The notes under the pieces were generated by a model. It was not told where the DNA came from. It did not search any database and saw only the letters and a list, made by a program, of their open reading frames with translations. A DNA stretch of 64,000 nt, taken from positions 32,001-96,000 of the forward strand of contig CAVRZA010000001.1 in assembly GCA_963725665.1 (NCBI GenBank), written 5' to 3'. This document shows, one piece after another, positions 9,772-20,103 of this stretch. The DNA comes from an uncultured Actinomycetes bacterium. Lineage in GTDB: Bacteria; Actinomycetota; Thermoleophilia; UBA2241. Position numbers and translations under genes: made by a program. Position 1 is the stretch's first letter, and each line of letters begins with the position of its first letter.

Positions 9772-11472
9772 GTGGGCATCCAGACACCATCCCCGCCCGA
9801 GCGCGGCGACTTCATCCGCGAGATCGTCGCCGCCGACCTTCGCGAGGGCCGGCACCAGACCGTCGTCACCCGCTTCCCCCCTGAGCCGAACGGTTACCTC
9901 CACATCGGCCACGCGAAGGCGATCTGCCTCAACTTCGGCATCGCCCGGGAGTTCGGCGGCCGCTGCCACCTGCGCTTCGACGACACGAACCCCACCAAGG
10001 AAGAGCAGGAGTACATCGATGCCATCGAGGCCGACGTCCGCTGGCTCGGTTTCGACTGGGGCGAGCACCTGTACTTCGCCTCGGACTACTTCGAGCAGCT
10101 CTACGAGTGGGCCGTCGATCTCATCAGGGCCGCCAAGGCCTACGTGGACGACCTCACCGCCGACGAGATCCGCGAGTACCGCGGCACTCTGACCGAGCCG
10201 GGGCGGGACAGCCCCTGGCGCGACCGGCCGGTCGAGGAGAGCCTCGGCCTCTTCGAGCGCATGCGCGCCGGCGAGTTCCCCAACGGGGCGCGCGTGCTGC
10301 GGGCCAGGATCGACATGGCCTCGCCCAACATCAACCTCCGGGACCCGGTGCTGTACCGGATCGTCCACGCGGCGCATCCGCGCACGGGCGACGCCTGGTG
10401 CGTCTATCCCACCTACGACTTCGCGCACGGGCAATCCGACGCGATCGAGGGCATCACCCACTCGCTCTGCACGCTCGAGTTCGAGCCCCACCGGCCGCTC
10501 TACGACTGGCTCATCGACAACCTCCCGGTGCCGTCTCGACCACGCCAGTACGAGTTCGCGCGACTCAACCTCACGCACACCGTCCTGTCCAAGCGCGTGC
10601 TCCTGCGCCTCGTCAACGAAGGCCACGTGAGCGGATGGGATGACCCGCGGATGCCGACACTGTCGGGCCTGCGCCGGCGCGGCTTCCCCGCCGAGGGGAT
10701 CCGCGACTTCGCGACGATGGTCGGGGTGGCCAAGGCCGACAGCGTCGTCGAGGTCGAGATGCTCTCGCACGCCGTGCGGGACGTGCTCAACCGGAGAGCT
10801 CCCCGCCGCTTCGCGGTCCTCGCCCCCCTCAAGGTCGTCATCGAGGACTACCCCGAGGGGCAGGTCGAGGAGATGGAGGTCCCCAACAACCCCGAGGATC
10901 CCTCCGCCGGGAGCCGCCGGGTGCCCTTCACGCGGGAGCTCTGGATCGAGCGCGACGACTTCATGGAGGAGCCCGCGCGGAAGTTCTTCCGCCTGGCCCC
11001 CGGCCGCGAGGTGCGGCTGCGGTCCGCGTACTTCGTGATCTGCCGCGAGGTCGTGAAGGATGCCGCAGGCAGGATCGTCGAGCTGCGCTGCACGTACGAC
11101 CCCGCCACGCGGGGCGGCGACGCTCCCGACGGCCGCCGCCCCAAAGCGACCCTCCACTGGGTGTCGGCCGCTCACGCCGTGCCCGCGGAGGTACGGCTCT
11201 ACGACCACCTCTTCCTGAGCCCGTACCCCGGGGCCGACGGCCGCGACCTCTTCGAGGACCTCAACCCCGACTCCGAGATAGTGCTCCAGGGCTGCCTCGT
11301 TGAGCCGTCGCTCGCCGGCCTGCCGGTCGGCGAGACCGTGCAATTCGAGCGGCTCGGCTACTTCTGCGCCGATCCCCACTCGGCGCCCGGTGCGCTGGTG
11401 TTCAACCGAACGCTCACTCTCAAGGACACCTGGGCGAAACTACAGGCGCAGGGACGGCACGACACGGCCTGA
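9772..11472 (+). CDS. glnS: Glutamine--tRNA ligase
   Basis: [14 protein letters not shown] (HIGH), VLSKR and QFERLGYF motifs; GTG start 8 nt after an extended -10 (TGcTATCCT). Confidence 0.95.
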   Translation: MGIQTPSPPERGDFIREIVAADLREGRHQTVVTRFPPEPNGYLHIGHAKAICLNFGIAREFGGRCHLRFDDTNPTKEEQEYIDAIEADVRWLGFDWGEHLYFASDYFEQLYEWAVDLIRAAKAYVDDLTADEIREYRGTLTEPGRDSPWRDRPVEESLGLFERMRAGEFPNGARVLRARIDMASPNINLRDPVLYRIVHAAHPRTGDAWCVYPTYDFAHGQSDAIEGITHSLCTLEFEPHRPLYDWLIDNLPVPSRPRQYEFARLNLTHTVLSKRVLLRLVNEGHVSGWDDPRMPTLSGLRRRGFPAEGIRDFATMVGVAKADSVVEVEMLSHAVRDVLNRRAPRRFAVLAPLKVVIEDYPEGQVEEMEVPNNPEDPSAGSRRVPFTRELWIERDDFMEEPARKFFRLAPGREVRLRSAYFVICREVVKDAAGRIVELRCTYDPATRGGDAPDGRRPKATLHWVSAAHAVPAEVRLYDHLFLSPYPGADGRDLFEDLNPDSEIVLQGCLVEPSLAGLPVGETVQFERLGYFCADPHSAPGALVFNRTLTLKDTWAKLQAQGRHDTA

Positions 11473-11621
11473 CTGCCGAGATGGCCGCGCCGGCGGCAGC
11501 CGATGCCAGTCCGCATCTGGAGGCGTCGAGTCCCGTTTCCGGCTGCCCTGACTCCTGTTCCGCTCCAGTGTTGAGGAAGGTGCCGCCGCGCGGTAGACTC
11601 AGGCTGCCCCTCGGGCATCGC

Positions 11622-11697
11622 TGGCGAGTGGCCTAACTGGCAAGGCACCTGACTCTGGATCAGGGGATTGAAGGTTCGAATCCTTCCTCGCCAGCCA
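11622..11697 (+). tRNA. tRNA-Gln(CTG), island copy next to glnS
   Basis: Acceptor TGGCGAG/CTCGCCA, G73, CCA; anticodon arm CCTGA-CTCTGGA-TCAGG; GGTTCGAATCC T arm. Confidence 0.95.
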
Positions 11698-11759
11698 TCT
11701 TCCCTCCCCTTCCTCGATCTCTGTCCCGGCGCCCCCCTGATCCGGTCGGCGAAGACTCG

Positions 11760-12114
11760 GGGGGGCCTCCTGTACCAGCCGCACTATGTGCTCTACGCCC
11801 CCTCCGGCGTTTTGACAACGCACGCCGACATCTCCAGCGTCGCCTCCGACCGCTTCACGTCGGTCGCGACCGACGCCGGCGGTGGCTACCACATGGCCGG
11901 GACGGTGACCATGGTGCCCGGTCATGAGGAGATCCTCACGGTGCGCAGGTCGACGCTGGGCGGCGCCGGATCCTGGACGAACGTGTTCGACGGCGGCGTG
12001 AGCGGCTCGTGCGGCGCGATCGCCGTGCGCGGCTCGACTGCCCCGGTGGTCGGTCTGCGCGACGGCGGCCCGGTCACAGGCCTGGACCAGTTCGTCGAAG
12101 CGTTCGTGTACTGA
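11760..12114 (+). pseudogene. Probable C-terminal gene fragment of unknown function
   Basis: Coding-like frame with no plausible start, beginning just after the tRNA. Confidence 0.4.
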
Positions 12115-12452
12115 GGCCAGCCAGTAGGTGCGGGCTCGCTACCGGTCGTGCTGGGTGCCGCCTCCGTCGTGCGCAGCGGCCTCTCGGGGCGCATGGTGGA
12201 TCGCAAAGGCTCCGGGCGCTGCTAGTCCTCGCGCCTGCCTGACGGCCCCTAATCGGCATCTTCACTCTTCGCCGATCCCGTCTGAAGGCCCTCGTTGCCG
12301 ACATTCTGCCGGCGAAATCGGCCGCGCCCGCAGCCGTTAGGTTCGGGGGTGCAATGGCGACGAGTCGGGGGCTGGTCGGGCTGTCAGGCCGCCCCCTGGC
12401 CCGCCTGGCGCCAAGCGGTCACGAGGACTCCTGAGAAGTCATGTGCTCGGTC

Positions 12453-13091
12453 CTACGCCGACAGCTCAGGCATGCGCCGAGTCAGCTCCGCCCAGTCGTC
12501 GCCGATCGCCCGCTGGATGAGCTGCTTGACTCCCGCGAACGCCTCGGGCGGCAAGACCATCTGCTGGATGCGGGTCATGTTCTCGCGGTCGTCGTCGCCC
12601 AGCAAGGGGTACATCCAAAGGATGAACTCCGGCTGGCGTTCCGGGGGGACCTCTGCGGCCATGATGCCGACCGCCTTGCCCTGGTCGGGCGCTGGGACGC
12701 GCTCCCGGACGATGCGGTACAGGTGCGTATCCTCCTTGAACAGGTGGATGTCGAGATGGAACTTGAAGGCGGCGGCGGCTCGGGCAGTCGCCAGGGCGTC
12801 GCCCGCGGAGACGGCAGCGTTCAAGGCATCGAAGGCGGCGTCAAGGCCGCGATGGTCCTTCTCGTAGGCCTCGGAGACCAAAGGCGCGACCGCTTCGACG
12901 GCGGGGAAGACGGCGATCTCCTCCCCGTGGGCGTGCGCCACCAGTATTTCGTTGAAGAAGCGGAAGCGCTCCAGGGTTGCCGCGAGCCCCGGCGTGCCGC
13001 GCGCGGCGCCGAGCGCCGCGGCGTCGATGGTCTCCATGTCCTTGCGGAACGCGTTGTGGATGGCCAATATCGCATCGATCGGACCCGTCAT
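12453..13091 (-). CDS. Hemerythrin/HHE domain protein
   Basis: H...HAHGEE...H...HLFKED metal-ligand pattern. Confidence 0.85.
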   Translation of the reverse strand: MTGPIDAILAIHNAFRKDMETIDAAALGAARGTPGLAATLERFRFFNEILVAHAHGEEIAVFPAVEAVAPLVSEAYEKDHRGLDAAFDALNAAVSAGDALATARAAAAFKFHLDIHLFKEDTHLYRIVRERVPAPDQGKAVGIMAAEVPPERQPEFILWMYPLLGDDDRENMTRIQQMVLPPEAFAGVKQLIQRAIGDDWAELTRRMPELSA

Positions 13092-13286
13092 GATCGCCCT
13101 CCCCTTTCCACCGGCATGTTCTCAGCGCGCAGGACCGGAGACCAAGCCACTCGTCCCCGGCCCCGGCCTGATAGAGAGCTTAGTACTGCCCAATGAGTCC
13201 GCGACTCACGCCGTTGGCGCGTTAAGGGTGTGCAGGAGCACGAAAAAACGTGCCACCGACGGGCCGCGCCCGCGGCTGACTCCTCT

Positions 13287-13571
13287 TCAGAAGTCCACCG
13301 ACTCGACGTCTTCGAGGGCGAAGGCCCGCACTTCCTCCACCGAGTGCACCCACTCAAATGCCTCGCGGGTCTCGTACTCGGCTATGAACTTCTCCGCGTT
13401 CTCGAGAGTGTCCCACTCGAAGAGCGCGAAGAGATCGTTGGGGCCGACAGTGGAGCGAAGTAGTCGGCCGCCCTGAGAGCCCAGGCGCTTCCGTCGGGCA
13501 GCGTCGAAGTCGAAGACCGAGCGGAACTTGTCGTAGTCGAGGACGTTGTGGTGGATCAGCACATACGGCAT
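13287..13571 (-). CDS. Small ferredoxin-fold (cyclase/ABM-like) protein
   Basis: HHNVLDYDKFRSVFD...LFEWDTLENAEKF; gggagg RBS. Confidence 0.7.
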   Translation of the reverse strand: MPYVLIHHNVLDYDKFRSVFDFDAARRKRLGSQGGRLLRSTVGPNDLFALFEWDTLENAEKFIAEYETREAFEWVHSVEEVRAFALEDVESVDF

Positions 13572-13717
13572 GCCAACCTCCCTGGCCATCGGCGCGTGTC
13601 AGGCTTCCGGCTCGCACAGTACGCCACACATGCCGAGTACCGAGTGACTACCGGCGTTTCTGCAATGGTACTGTCGCCTCGCACACACACGACGCAGATG
13701 CAGACAGAGGAGGCTGA

Positions 13718-14143
13718 ATGGCTACCAAGACGGCTTTCACGTCGGCCGAGTGGCAGACCCTGCAGTGGGCGGTCACCGACACGATGACGTACCTGTCGCT
13801 GGCCGACCCGGGATTCTGGGACATGTTCAAGGAGGCCAACGCGGCGGCCCACTACATCGCCGCGGCCAGGCAGACCAGCGAGAGCGTGCTTGTCCGCGAG
13901 CTAGCGGGGGACATCCGGACGAAGCGCGACAAAGAGGTGTCCGGCAATCCCACCGACGTGTCGGGCGAGGTCATTGAGCGTGTCAACGAAGCCATCAAGA
14001 TCGTCTCGAGCAAGGCACCCGAAGACCTCGAGGGCTTCAAGGCCTTCATCATTGGTGTCGCCAAGGCGACCGCTGAGGCCGCCAAGGGGACCGGCCCGAC
14101 TGAGGCTCAGGCCATCTCGAAGCTAGAGGCTGCGCTGGGTTGA
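13718..14143 (+). CDS. Conserved hypothetical alpha-helical protein
   Basis: gaggagg RBS, strongly biased codons. Confidence 0.75.
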   Translation: MATKTAFTSAEWQTLQWAVTDTMTYLSLADPGFWDMFKEANAAAHYIAAARQTSESVLVRELAGDIRTKRDKEVSGNPTDVSGEVIERVNEAIKIVSSKAPEDLEGFKAFIIGVAKATAEAAKGTGPTEAQAISKLEAALG

Positions 14144-14169
14144 CCGGGCCGCAGACGAGTGCATTCGAA

Positions 14170-14297
14170 AGCCGGGGCGTCTTGGTCGCCACGGCGATGC
14201 TTTCGGTGGCCCACGGAAGGTATCTCCCGAGAAGCTCTCGCACATCGAGGGGGTATTCCGGGCTGCCCCCGGGGTCAGAGAGCGCGGAAAGACAACG
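14170..14297 (+). repeat. Repeat family R1, copy 1 (subtype A)
   Basis: gatgctttcgg-tggccca-cggaaggtatc...gagggggtattccgggc. Confidence 0.8.
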
Positions 14298-14568
14298 GTC
14301 GGCCCCCGTTGGGAGCCGAGATCGTGCCCATCATCGGAAAGCTGAAGACGCCCGTTTGAAGCCAGCGCAGCCGTCGATAGTCCCTTTGCCGTCGGCCTGC
14401 TGAAGCGGCTTGTTCCCCCGTCACGTGGTGGTAACCAGTGCCATGGAACACGCCCGCGCCTGCCGGGCAGGCGACGTCGTCGGCGGGGACCCTTCGTGTG
14501 GAGAGAGGCGCAGCGGCCCCTTCGCCGAGGTTCGCGACCCGGAGTGCTAGTGGCACCAGTCACGGGCT

Positions 14569-14652
14569 GGCCCCAGCAGCTGATATGGTCGCCAGCCGGA
14601 GAGGCCTTCCGCGGCCCACGGAAGGTATCTCCGAGCCACTCCTAGGTATCCG
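14569..14652 (+). repeat. Repeat family R1, copy 2 (subtype B, right part truncated)
   Basis: gaggccttccg-cggccca-cggaaggtatc. Confidence 0.8.
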
Positions 14653-14825
14653 GAGAACATCGTGGCGATCCTGATCATTCCGATCGTTCACTTCTGAGAA
14701 TCGGGCGGCCGCGGGCGGCCACCGGCCGCGGCGGTGCATCGCGAGTGGTTTCGGTCGCGCGGTTCGCGAGCGAGGCAACCCAGACTGTGGACACGATCGA
14801 CGGCTCCCGGGATACTGAGGATGCC

Positions 14826-15809
14826 ATGCCGAACCAGGAGAACGACCCGAACCGCATCAATGACTCCACCTCGCGCAAGCTGATCTCGACGGCGCCGTGG
14901 ACGTTCTTCGGGGTGCCGAGCTGCAGTGACCTGGGCGATCTCGACGCGCAGGTGGCCTTCCTGGGCGTGCCCTTTGACGCCGGGACTCCCCAGCCCGGCA
15001 TTCCCACCGGCCAGGCGGCCGGGCCCAGCGCCGCACGTCTCGCTTCCCGGGACCAGTTCTCCTATGGCGACAGCGGATCGCTGGGGTGGTACGACGTCGA
15101 GACCGACCGCGATCGCCTCATCGGGGTGACGATGGCCGACGTCGGCGATGTCAAGATCCAGGGGGCCCAGCTCGAGTCCAACTTCAGCCGCATGACCGCG
15201 GTCATGCGCCGCATCACCGAGCGCGGTACGCTGCCGGTGGCCGTCGGCGGCGATCATTCGGTCAGCTACCCGCTCGCGCGCGGCATGCAACCGCTAGGCG
15301 AGATCGACGTCGTCTACTTCGACGGGCATGCTGACTTCCTCGACGAGCTCGACGGCTCCCGGTTCAGCGGCGCGAGCGAGATGCGGCGCATCAGCGAGCT
15401 GCCCTTCGTGCGCAGCGTCACGGCGCTCGGCATCCGCAACGTGGAGCGCGACGAGATCGACGCGATGCGCGAGTCGGGCGTGCGCTGGGCGACGACCCTC
15501 GACTTGATCGATCGTGAGAGCGCCGACGTCGTGGCGGAGCTGGTGCCCCGCTCGCGCGCGCTCTACGTCTCGATCGACCTCGACGTCCTCGACATCTCCC
15601 TGACCCCCGGCCATAGCCTCCCGGAGCCGGGAGGGTTGAGCTATCGGCAGCTTCGCGCAGCGCTCGCTCAGGTCGCTCATCGGGGAAGGGTAGTTGGGTT
15701 CGATGTCGCGGAACTCAATCCAGCGCTCGATCCCGGAGGCAGCACGGCTCGCACTGCGACCTGGCTCATCACGCATTTCCTCAGCGAGATCTTCGACCAG
15801 GCGCGCTGA
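14826..15809 (+). CDS. Agmatinase/ureohydrolase family protein
   Basis: GVPFD, GGDHS, FDGHAD and SIDLDVLD motifs. Confidence 0.9.
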   Translation: MPNQENDPNRINDSTSRKLISTAPWTFFGVPSCSDLGDLDAQVAFLGVPFDAGTPQPGIPTGQAAGPSAARLASRDQFSYGDSGSLGWYDVETDRDRLIGVTMADVGDVKIQGAQLESNFSRMTAVMRRITERGTLPVAVGGDHSVSYPLARGMQPLGEIDVVYFDGHADFLDELDGSRFSGASEMRRISELPFVRSVTALGIRNVERDEIDAMRESGVRWATTLDLIDRESADVVAELVPRSRALYVSIDLDVLDISLTPGHSLPEPGGLSYRQLRAALAQVAHRGRVVGFDVAELNPALDPGGSTARTATWLITHFLSEIFDQAR

Positions 15810-15950
15810 ACGCAGGGGGCGGCTTCTACTCCCGGAGAGTTGTCCGCAGGCTGGCACTGGCCCCCCCCGCCGACCTCAAAGGTGAGGACATGTCGGCGCG
15901 ACGATCGCGTCGGTGGCCGCGAAAACCCTGCATATACGTCTGACGAGGGC

Positions 15951-15998
15951 TGGTAGTGCATACCGGATTCGAACCGGTGTTACCGCCGTCAGAGGGCG
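15951..15998 (-). repeat. 3' duplicate of tRNA-Glu (att scar)
   Basis: 46/48 identical to 45559-45606; left flank also resembles 45531-45558. Confidence 0.92.
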
Positions 15999-16116
15999 CC
16001 GATCAGACACCACTGAGCGGTTGCCGCCGTGGGCTCAGGACGGCTGGCGGCACATCGGCGACTGCGACTTTGACTGGTGCCTGCCGGAGCGAGGACCTGC
16101 TGCAGCGCCAGCCTGC

Positions 16117-16533
16117 TCAGCCGACCTTGGCATCGGGGAGATGGAATCCAAAGGCCCCATTGTGGACATACACGAGCTGGCAAGCTTCGATGTATTGGGC
16201 GTCGTGGATTCGGCGTGCGCGGATATATCCGACATCGCCCTTGTCAAAGAAGATCCTCCTTCCATCGGGGACCAACGAGCCCGCTTCCTTGCGGTAGAAC
16301 TGGACCGACATCCTTCCTTCTACGACGACCGTCATATCATCGCCTGGGTGGAAGTGAGGCGGCTCTTCAGTGCCCGCCTGCCAGCGTTCGAGCATCACCT
16401 CGACCCCGTCAGGGTTCGTTGGATAGGTGGTGCGAACCGTGAATCCCTCTGGTGTTCCTGGGGCGGGGACGTGATTGCTCCACACTTCGCTGGTCGCAGA
16501 GGTGACATTCTGAGTTACGTCATCAACAGACAT
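16117..16533 (-). CDS. Cupin domain protein
   Basis: PPHFHPG...VVEG...H cupin motifs; lower GC. Confidence 0.8.
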   Translation of the reverse strand: MSVDDVTQNVTSATSEVWSNHVPAPGTPEGFTVRTTYPTNPDGVEVMLERWQAGTEEPPHFHPGDDMTVVVEGRMSVQFYRKEAGSLVPDGRRIFFDKGDVGYIRARRIHDAQYIEACQLVYVHNGAFGFHLPDAKVG

Positions 16534-16608
16534 CGTCTGCCCCCTCCTGTCTTTGCAGCGGCTTTACCCGAGCATCGTAGACGGGACTCTACTTCGGTGG
16601 CAACTAGA

Positions 16609-16681
16609 ACCATTCTGCGACCCAAATGCGCGGGATGGGGCGGGGTCGACGAGCGCCGTCTGCGACCATTCTGCGACCCAA
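16609..16681 (+). repeat. 17-bp direct repeat accattctgcgacccaa x2
   Basis: Copies at 16609 and 16665; resembles the GCAACC-n-TGCAACC motif of R2. Confidence 0.75.
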
Positions 16682-16739
16682 GTCGCTGTGCCTGCGCAGG
16701 TCGATCCGGCAGTGAAGAAGGCTGCGTGTAACGAAACGA

Positions 16740-16773
16740 GCAGCCGGGGCCGGCTAACGCCGGCCCCGGCCGC
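16740..16773. terminator. GC-rich hairpin downstream of the MMPL gene
   Basis: gccggggccggc-taac-gccggccccggc. Confidence 0.6.
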
Positions 16774-16801
16774 ACAGGGCCTAAGGCCCGGGGGTTCAGC
16801 T

Positions 16802-19156
16802 CTAGCGGGCCGGGGCGGCCCCGTAAGCCGGCGCCCTGAATGCCGGCACGCGCTCGGTCTGCGGTGCCGGCACGCCCTCCGGCTGGCCGTCGTCGCGACC
16901 GTCGCGCGGGGCGCCGGCCGTCCCGGCCGGCACGTGCTCGTCCACGCGCCCCTCGACGCTCACGTTGGGCAGCCACTGCAGCCAGCGCGGCAGGTACCAG
17001 TTCCAGTCACCGAGCAGCGCCATGCCGGCCGGGACGATGATCGTCCGCACGACGGTGGCGTCGAGGAAGATCGCGACGGCGAGGCCGAAGCCCATCTGCT
17101 GGAACATGACCAGCTCGCCAGTCGCCATGCCGCCGAAGACGCAGACCATGATGGCCGCGGCGCCGGTGATGATGCTGGCGGTGCGGCCGATGCCGTGGGC
17201 CACGGCCTCGCGCGTGTCGCCGGTGTGGTCGAAGCGTTCCTTGATGCGCGTGAGCAGGAAGACCTGGTAGTCCATCGAGAGCCCGAACAACAGCGAGAAG
17301 AGGAACAGCGGCACCCAGGCCTCGATGGAGTCGACCTGGGTCAATCCCAGCAGCCCGGCGCCGACGCCTTTCTGGAAGACCAGCACGAGGAGGCCGTAGG
17401 CGGCGCCCACGCTGAGCAGGTTCATGAGGATCGCCTTGGCCGGGATGACGACTGAGCGGAAGGCGACGAGCAGGAGCACGAAGCTCAGACTCAGGACCAC
17501 GGCCAGCGCGATGGGCAGCCAGTGGTCGAAGAAGGCGAGGTAGTCGACGACGCCGGCCGTCGTGCCGGCGATGTACACGTGGGAGGCGGTGGCGCCGAAG
17601 GCGGCCGGCACGACGCTGTCGCGCAGCTGCCTGATGACGTCCTGCGTCGCCTCGCCGGCAGGGTCGCCGGCGAGCGGCACCGAGAGCACGGTGAGGTCGC
17701 GGGCCTTGTTCGCGGCGACCTGCGCCGGGCCGAACCGCCCGTCGGCCTTCAGCGCGGCCTGGAGACGGGCGGTGCCGTCCTTGACGGCCGCGGCGTCCGC
17801 CCGCCCGTCGATGACGATCTGCACGGGATTGGCCTTGCCCAGCGAGAAGTCGCGGTCGAGGATGTCCCAGCCCTGCTTGGCATACCGATCGTCCGGGTAG
17901 TCGGTCGCGGTCTTGCCGGTGCTGCCGGTCTGCATGAACACGATGGGCGATGCGGCCAGGAGGAGGAGGGTGACGGCGGTGGCCAGCCAGATCACCGGCC
18001 GCCGCATGATGCTGTGGGAGAGCTTCTCCCAGACGCCCTCGTGGCCGTTGGCGCGGCGAGTGGCGAAGCGGCTCACGAGCGGCACGTGCAGCGCGTTGAC
18101 GCGGTCGCCGAGCAGGCCCATCAGCGCGGGCAGCAGGATGAGCGAGGTGAGCAGCGTGGTAAAGACGACGAGCATCGCGCCGATGCCCATGCTGATGGTG
18201 AGGTCCAGCGGCACGATGACCATGCCGAGCATTGCGAGCACCACGGTCATGCCGCTGAAGAAGATGGCGCGGTTGGCGGTGGCGCCGGTGGCGGCGACGG
18301 CATCGATCTTCTCGAGGCCGCGCGCGCGCTCCTCCCGGTAGCGGCTGATGATGAACAGGGTGTAGTCGATGCCGACGGCGAGGCCCATCGTAGTGAGGAT
18401 GTTCAGCACGAAGGTGTGCATGGGGTAGAGCTGGCCGATTAGGCCGGTGAGCGTGAGCGCCAGGACGATGCTGAGCACGCTGAGCACCAGCGGCATGAAC
18501 GCGGCCAGCAGGGCGCCGAACACCACGACGAGCACGATGAGCGCGACCGGGACGCCGAAGATCTCGGCCTTCTCCATGTCGCTCTTGGCGAGTTCGTTGC
18601 CCATCTGGTTCAGGCTGGCGGTGCCCGTCTGCTGAAGCGTGAAGTCCCCTCCCTGGCCGGCGGTGACGACCGCGTGCAGCTCGTCGACGTTGTCGATGGC
18701 TGTGTTCAGGTCGCCCGCCATGACCACTTGGATGAGCATGGCGCGGCCGTCCTTCGAGACGAGCGTCGGATCCTTCGCCTGGTAGTAGGTCGCCACGCTC
18801 TCGACGATTCCGTGGCCGAGGCCCGTGATCTCGCCGGCGAGCTCGGTCACGTAGGCCTTATAGGCTGCGTCCTTTGCCGTGTGGGCGGCGGAGCGCACGA
18901 TCACGAACTCAGACATCTTCTGCGGGCCGGTCATGCGGTCCTGGATGAGTTCCAGACCGATCGTGCTGTCGGGCTGCTTGCCGTGCTGTTTTGTCTCCGA
19001 CGTGAGCCCGCTGCTGAGGAGCGAGCTCGTGCCGAGGACGGCGACCACGATGATGGTCACCCAGATCCCCATGGTGCGCCACGGGTGGGTGGCGCTGCTG
19101 CGGGCAAGGCGCTCGGTGAATCCTGTGCTGGTCTTCGGCGAGGTCCTGAGTGACAT
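16802..19156 (-). CDS. MMPL family transporter (paralogue 1)
   Basis: GLAVGIDY and LFGLSMDYQVF motifs; two hydrophobic repeats. Confidence 0.93.
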   Translation of the reverse strand: MSLRTSPKTSTGFTERLARSSATHPWRTMGIWVTIIVVAVLGTSSLLSSGLTSETKQHGKQPDSTIGLELIQDRMTGPQKMSEFVIVRSAAHTAKDAAYKAYVTELAGEITGLGHGIVESVATYYQAKDPTLVSKDGRAMLIQVVMAGDLNTAIDNVDELHAVVTAGQGGDFTLQQTGTASLNQMGNELAKSDMEKAEIFGVPVALIVLVVVFGALLAAFMPLVLSVLSIVLALTLTGLIGQLYPMHTFVLNILTTMGLAVGIDYTLFIISRYREERARGLEKIDAVAATGATANRAIFFSGMTVVLAMLGMVIVPLDLTISMGIGAMLVVFTTLLTSLILLPALMGLLGDRVNALHVPLVSRFATRRANGHEGVWEKLSHSIMRRPVIWLATAVTLLLLAASPIVFMQTGSTGKTATDYPDDRYAKQGWDILDRDFSLGKANPVQIVIDGRADAAAVKDGTARLQAALKADGRFGPAQVAANKARDLTVLSVPLAGDPAGEATQDVIRQLRDSVVPAAFGATASHVYIAGTTAGVVDYLAFFDHWLPIALAVVLSLSFVLLLVAFRSVVIPAKAILMNLLSVGAAYGLLVLVFQKGVGAGLLGLTQVDSIEAWVPLFLFSLLFGLSMDYQVFLLTRIKERFDHTGDTREAVAHGIGRTASIITGAAAIMVCVFGGMATGELVMFQQMGFGLAVAIFLDATVVRTIIVPAGMALLGDWNWYLPRWLQWLPNVSVEGRVDEHVPAGTAGAPRDGRDDGQPEGVPAPQTERVPAFRAPAYGAAPAR

Positions 19157-19318
19157 CGTTCTCCCCTTTGGCATCTGTTGTCCTGTGAGGGCCGTCATGT
19201 ACGTGAGTGGCGTAACGCGCCGGTCTGTGACAACTCCGGCCAGGAATCGTCAACGCCATCCTTCTGCGACCGCGTGCTAGAATCGGCGGCGTCCCGCAAC
19301 ACCGTCGCTGAGGTTCGC

Positions 19319-20041
19319 GTGACGACACTCTCGCAGACGACCCTTGCGCCGCCCCAGCCCGCAGCCGTCGTGGAGCAGTACGGTCGCCTCGTCTCCTCGA
19401 TCTGCTGGCGCATGACGAGCGATCAGGACGCGGCACGCGAAGCGGCGCAGGAGGTGTGGCTCGCCGTCCTGGAGGGCCTGCCGGGCTTCCGCGGCGAGTC
19501 CGCTCTGTCCACCTGGATCTACAGCATCGCGCGGCGCGTCGTGGGCCGCTACGCGCAAGCCCAACGCACCTACAGCGTGCGCTTCCTGAGTGCGTCCTAT
19601 GAAGCCGAAGGTGAACTCGCGCCCCCGGACGTGCCTGATCTGGATCACGACCTGTGGGTACGGGAGATGTGCGACCTATGCCTGTGCGGGACGCTGCAGT
19701 GCCTGGAGCCCGACGCGCGTCTGGCCTACCTCCTGCGCGAGGTCGCGGAACTGGACTACGACGATGTCGCTCTGGTGCTGGAGATCGAGCCGGACGCTGC
19801 CCGTCAGATAGTGTCGCGGGCACGCCGCAAGCTGAATGGCTTCATGAGCGGGCACTGCGCCCTGGCCAACCCGACGGGCGCCTGTCGCTGCCGTATGCGC
19901 CGGCGGGTGCAGGGCATCGACCTGCCCGCGGAATACACGCGGCTGCGCAGGACCGTGCATCGGGTGCGCGTCATCAAGGAATCCGAGCAGGTGCTGCCGC
20001 CCAAGGACTACTGGCTGGAGTTGCCACAGACCGCCGCGTAG
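19319..20041 (+). CDS. ECF sigma-70 factor with Cys-rich C-terminal extension
   Basis: AQEVWL...FRGESALSTWIYSIA region 2, region 4, HCALANPTGACRC. Confidence 0.88.
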   Translation: MTTLSQTTLAPPQPAAVVEQYGRLVSSICWRMTSDQDAAREAAQEVWLAVLEGLPGFRGESALSTWIYSIARRVVGRYAQAQRTYSVRFLSASYEAEGELAPPDVPDLDHDLWVREMCDLCLCGTLQCLEPDARLAYLLREVAELDYDDVALVLEIEPDAARQIVSRARRKLNGFMSGHCALANPTGACRCRMRRRVQGIDLPAEYTRLRRTVHRVRVIKESEQVLPPKDYWLELPQTAA

Positions 20042-20103
20042 GGCCACTCACGTCCGTGAGAGCCCTCACGAAAGAGGGCGCCCGACCGGACTGAGGGGAC
20101 GCA

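Noticed and set aside
12236-12345. Possible attC ending in GTTAGGT (similarly GTTGGGC at ~25306)
   Set aside because: No matching R''/L boxes and no gene start following.
15951-15998. tRNA-Glu duplicate with anticodon changed to CTG as a recoded tRNA
   Set aside because: It lacks the 5' acceptor strand and D arm, so it cannot be a functional tRNA.
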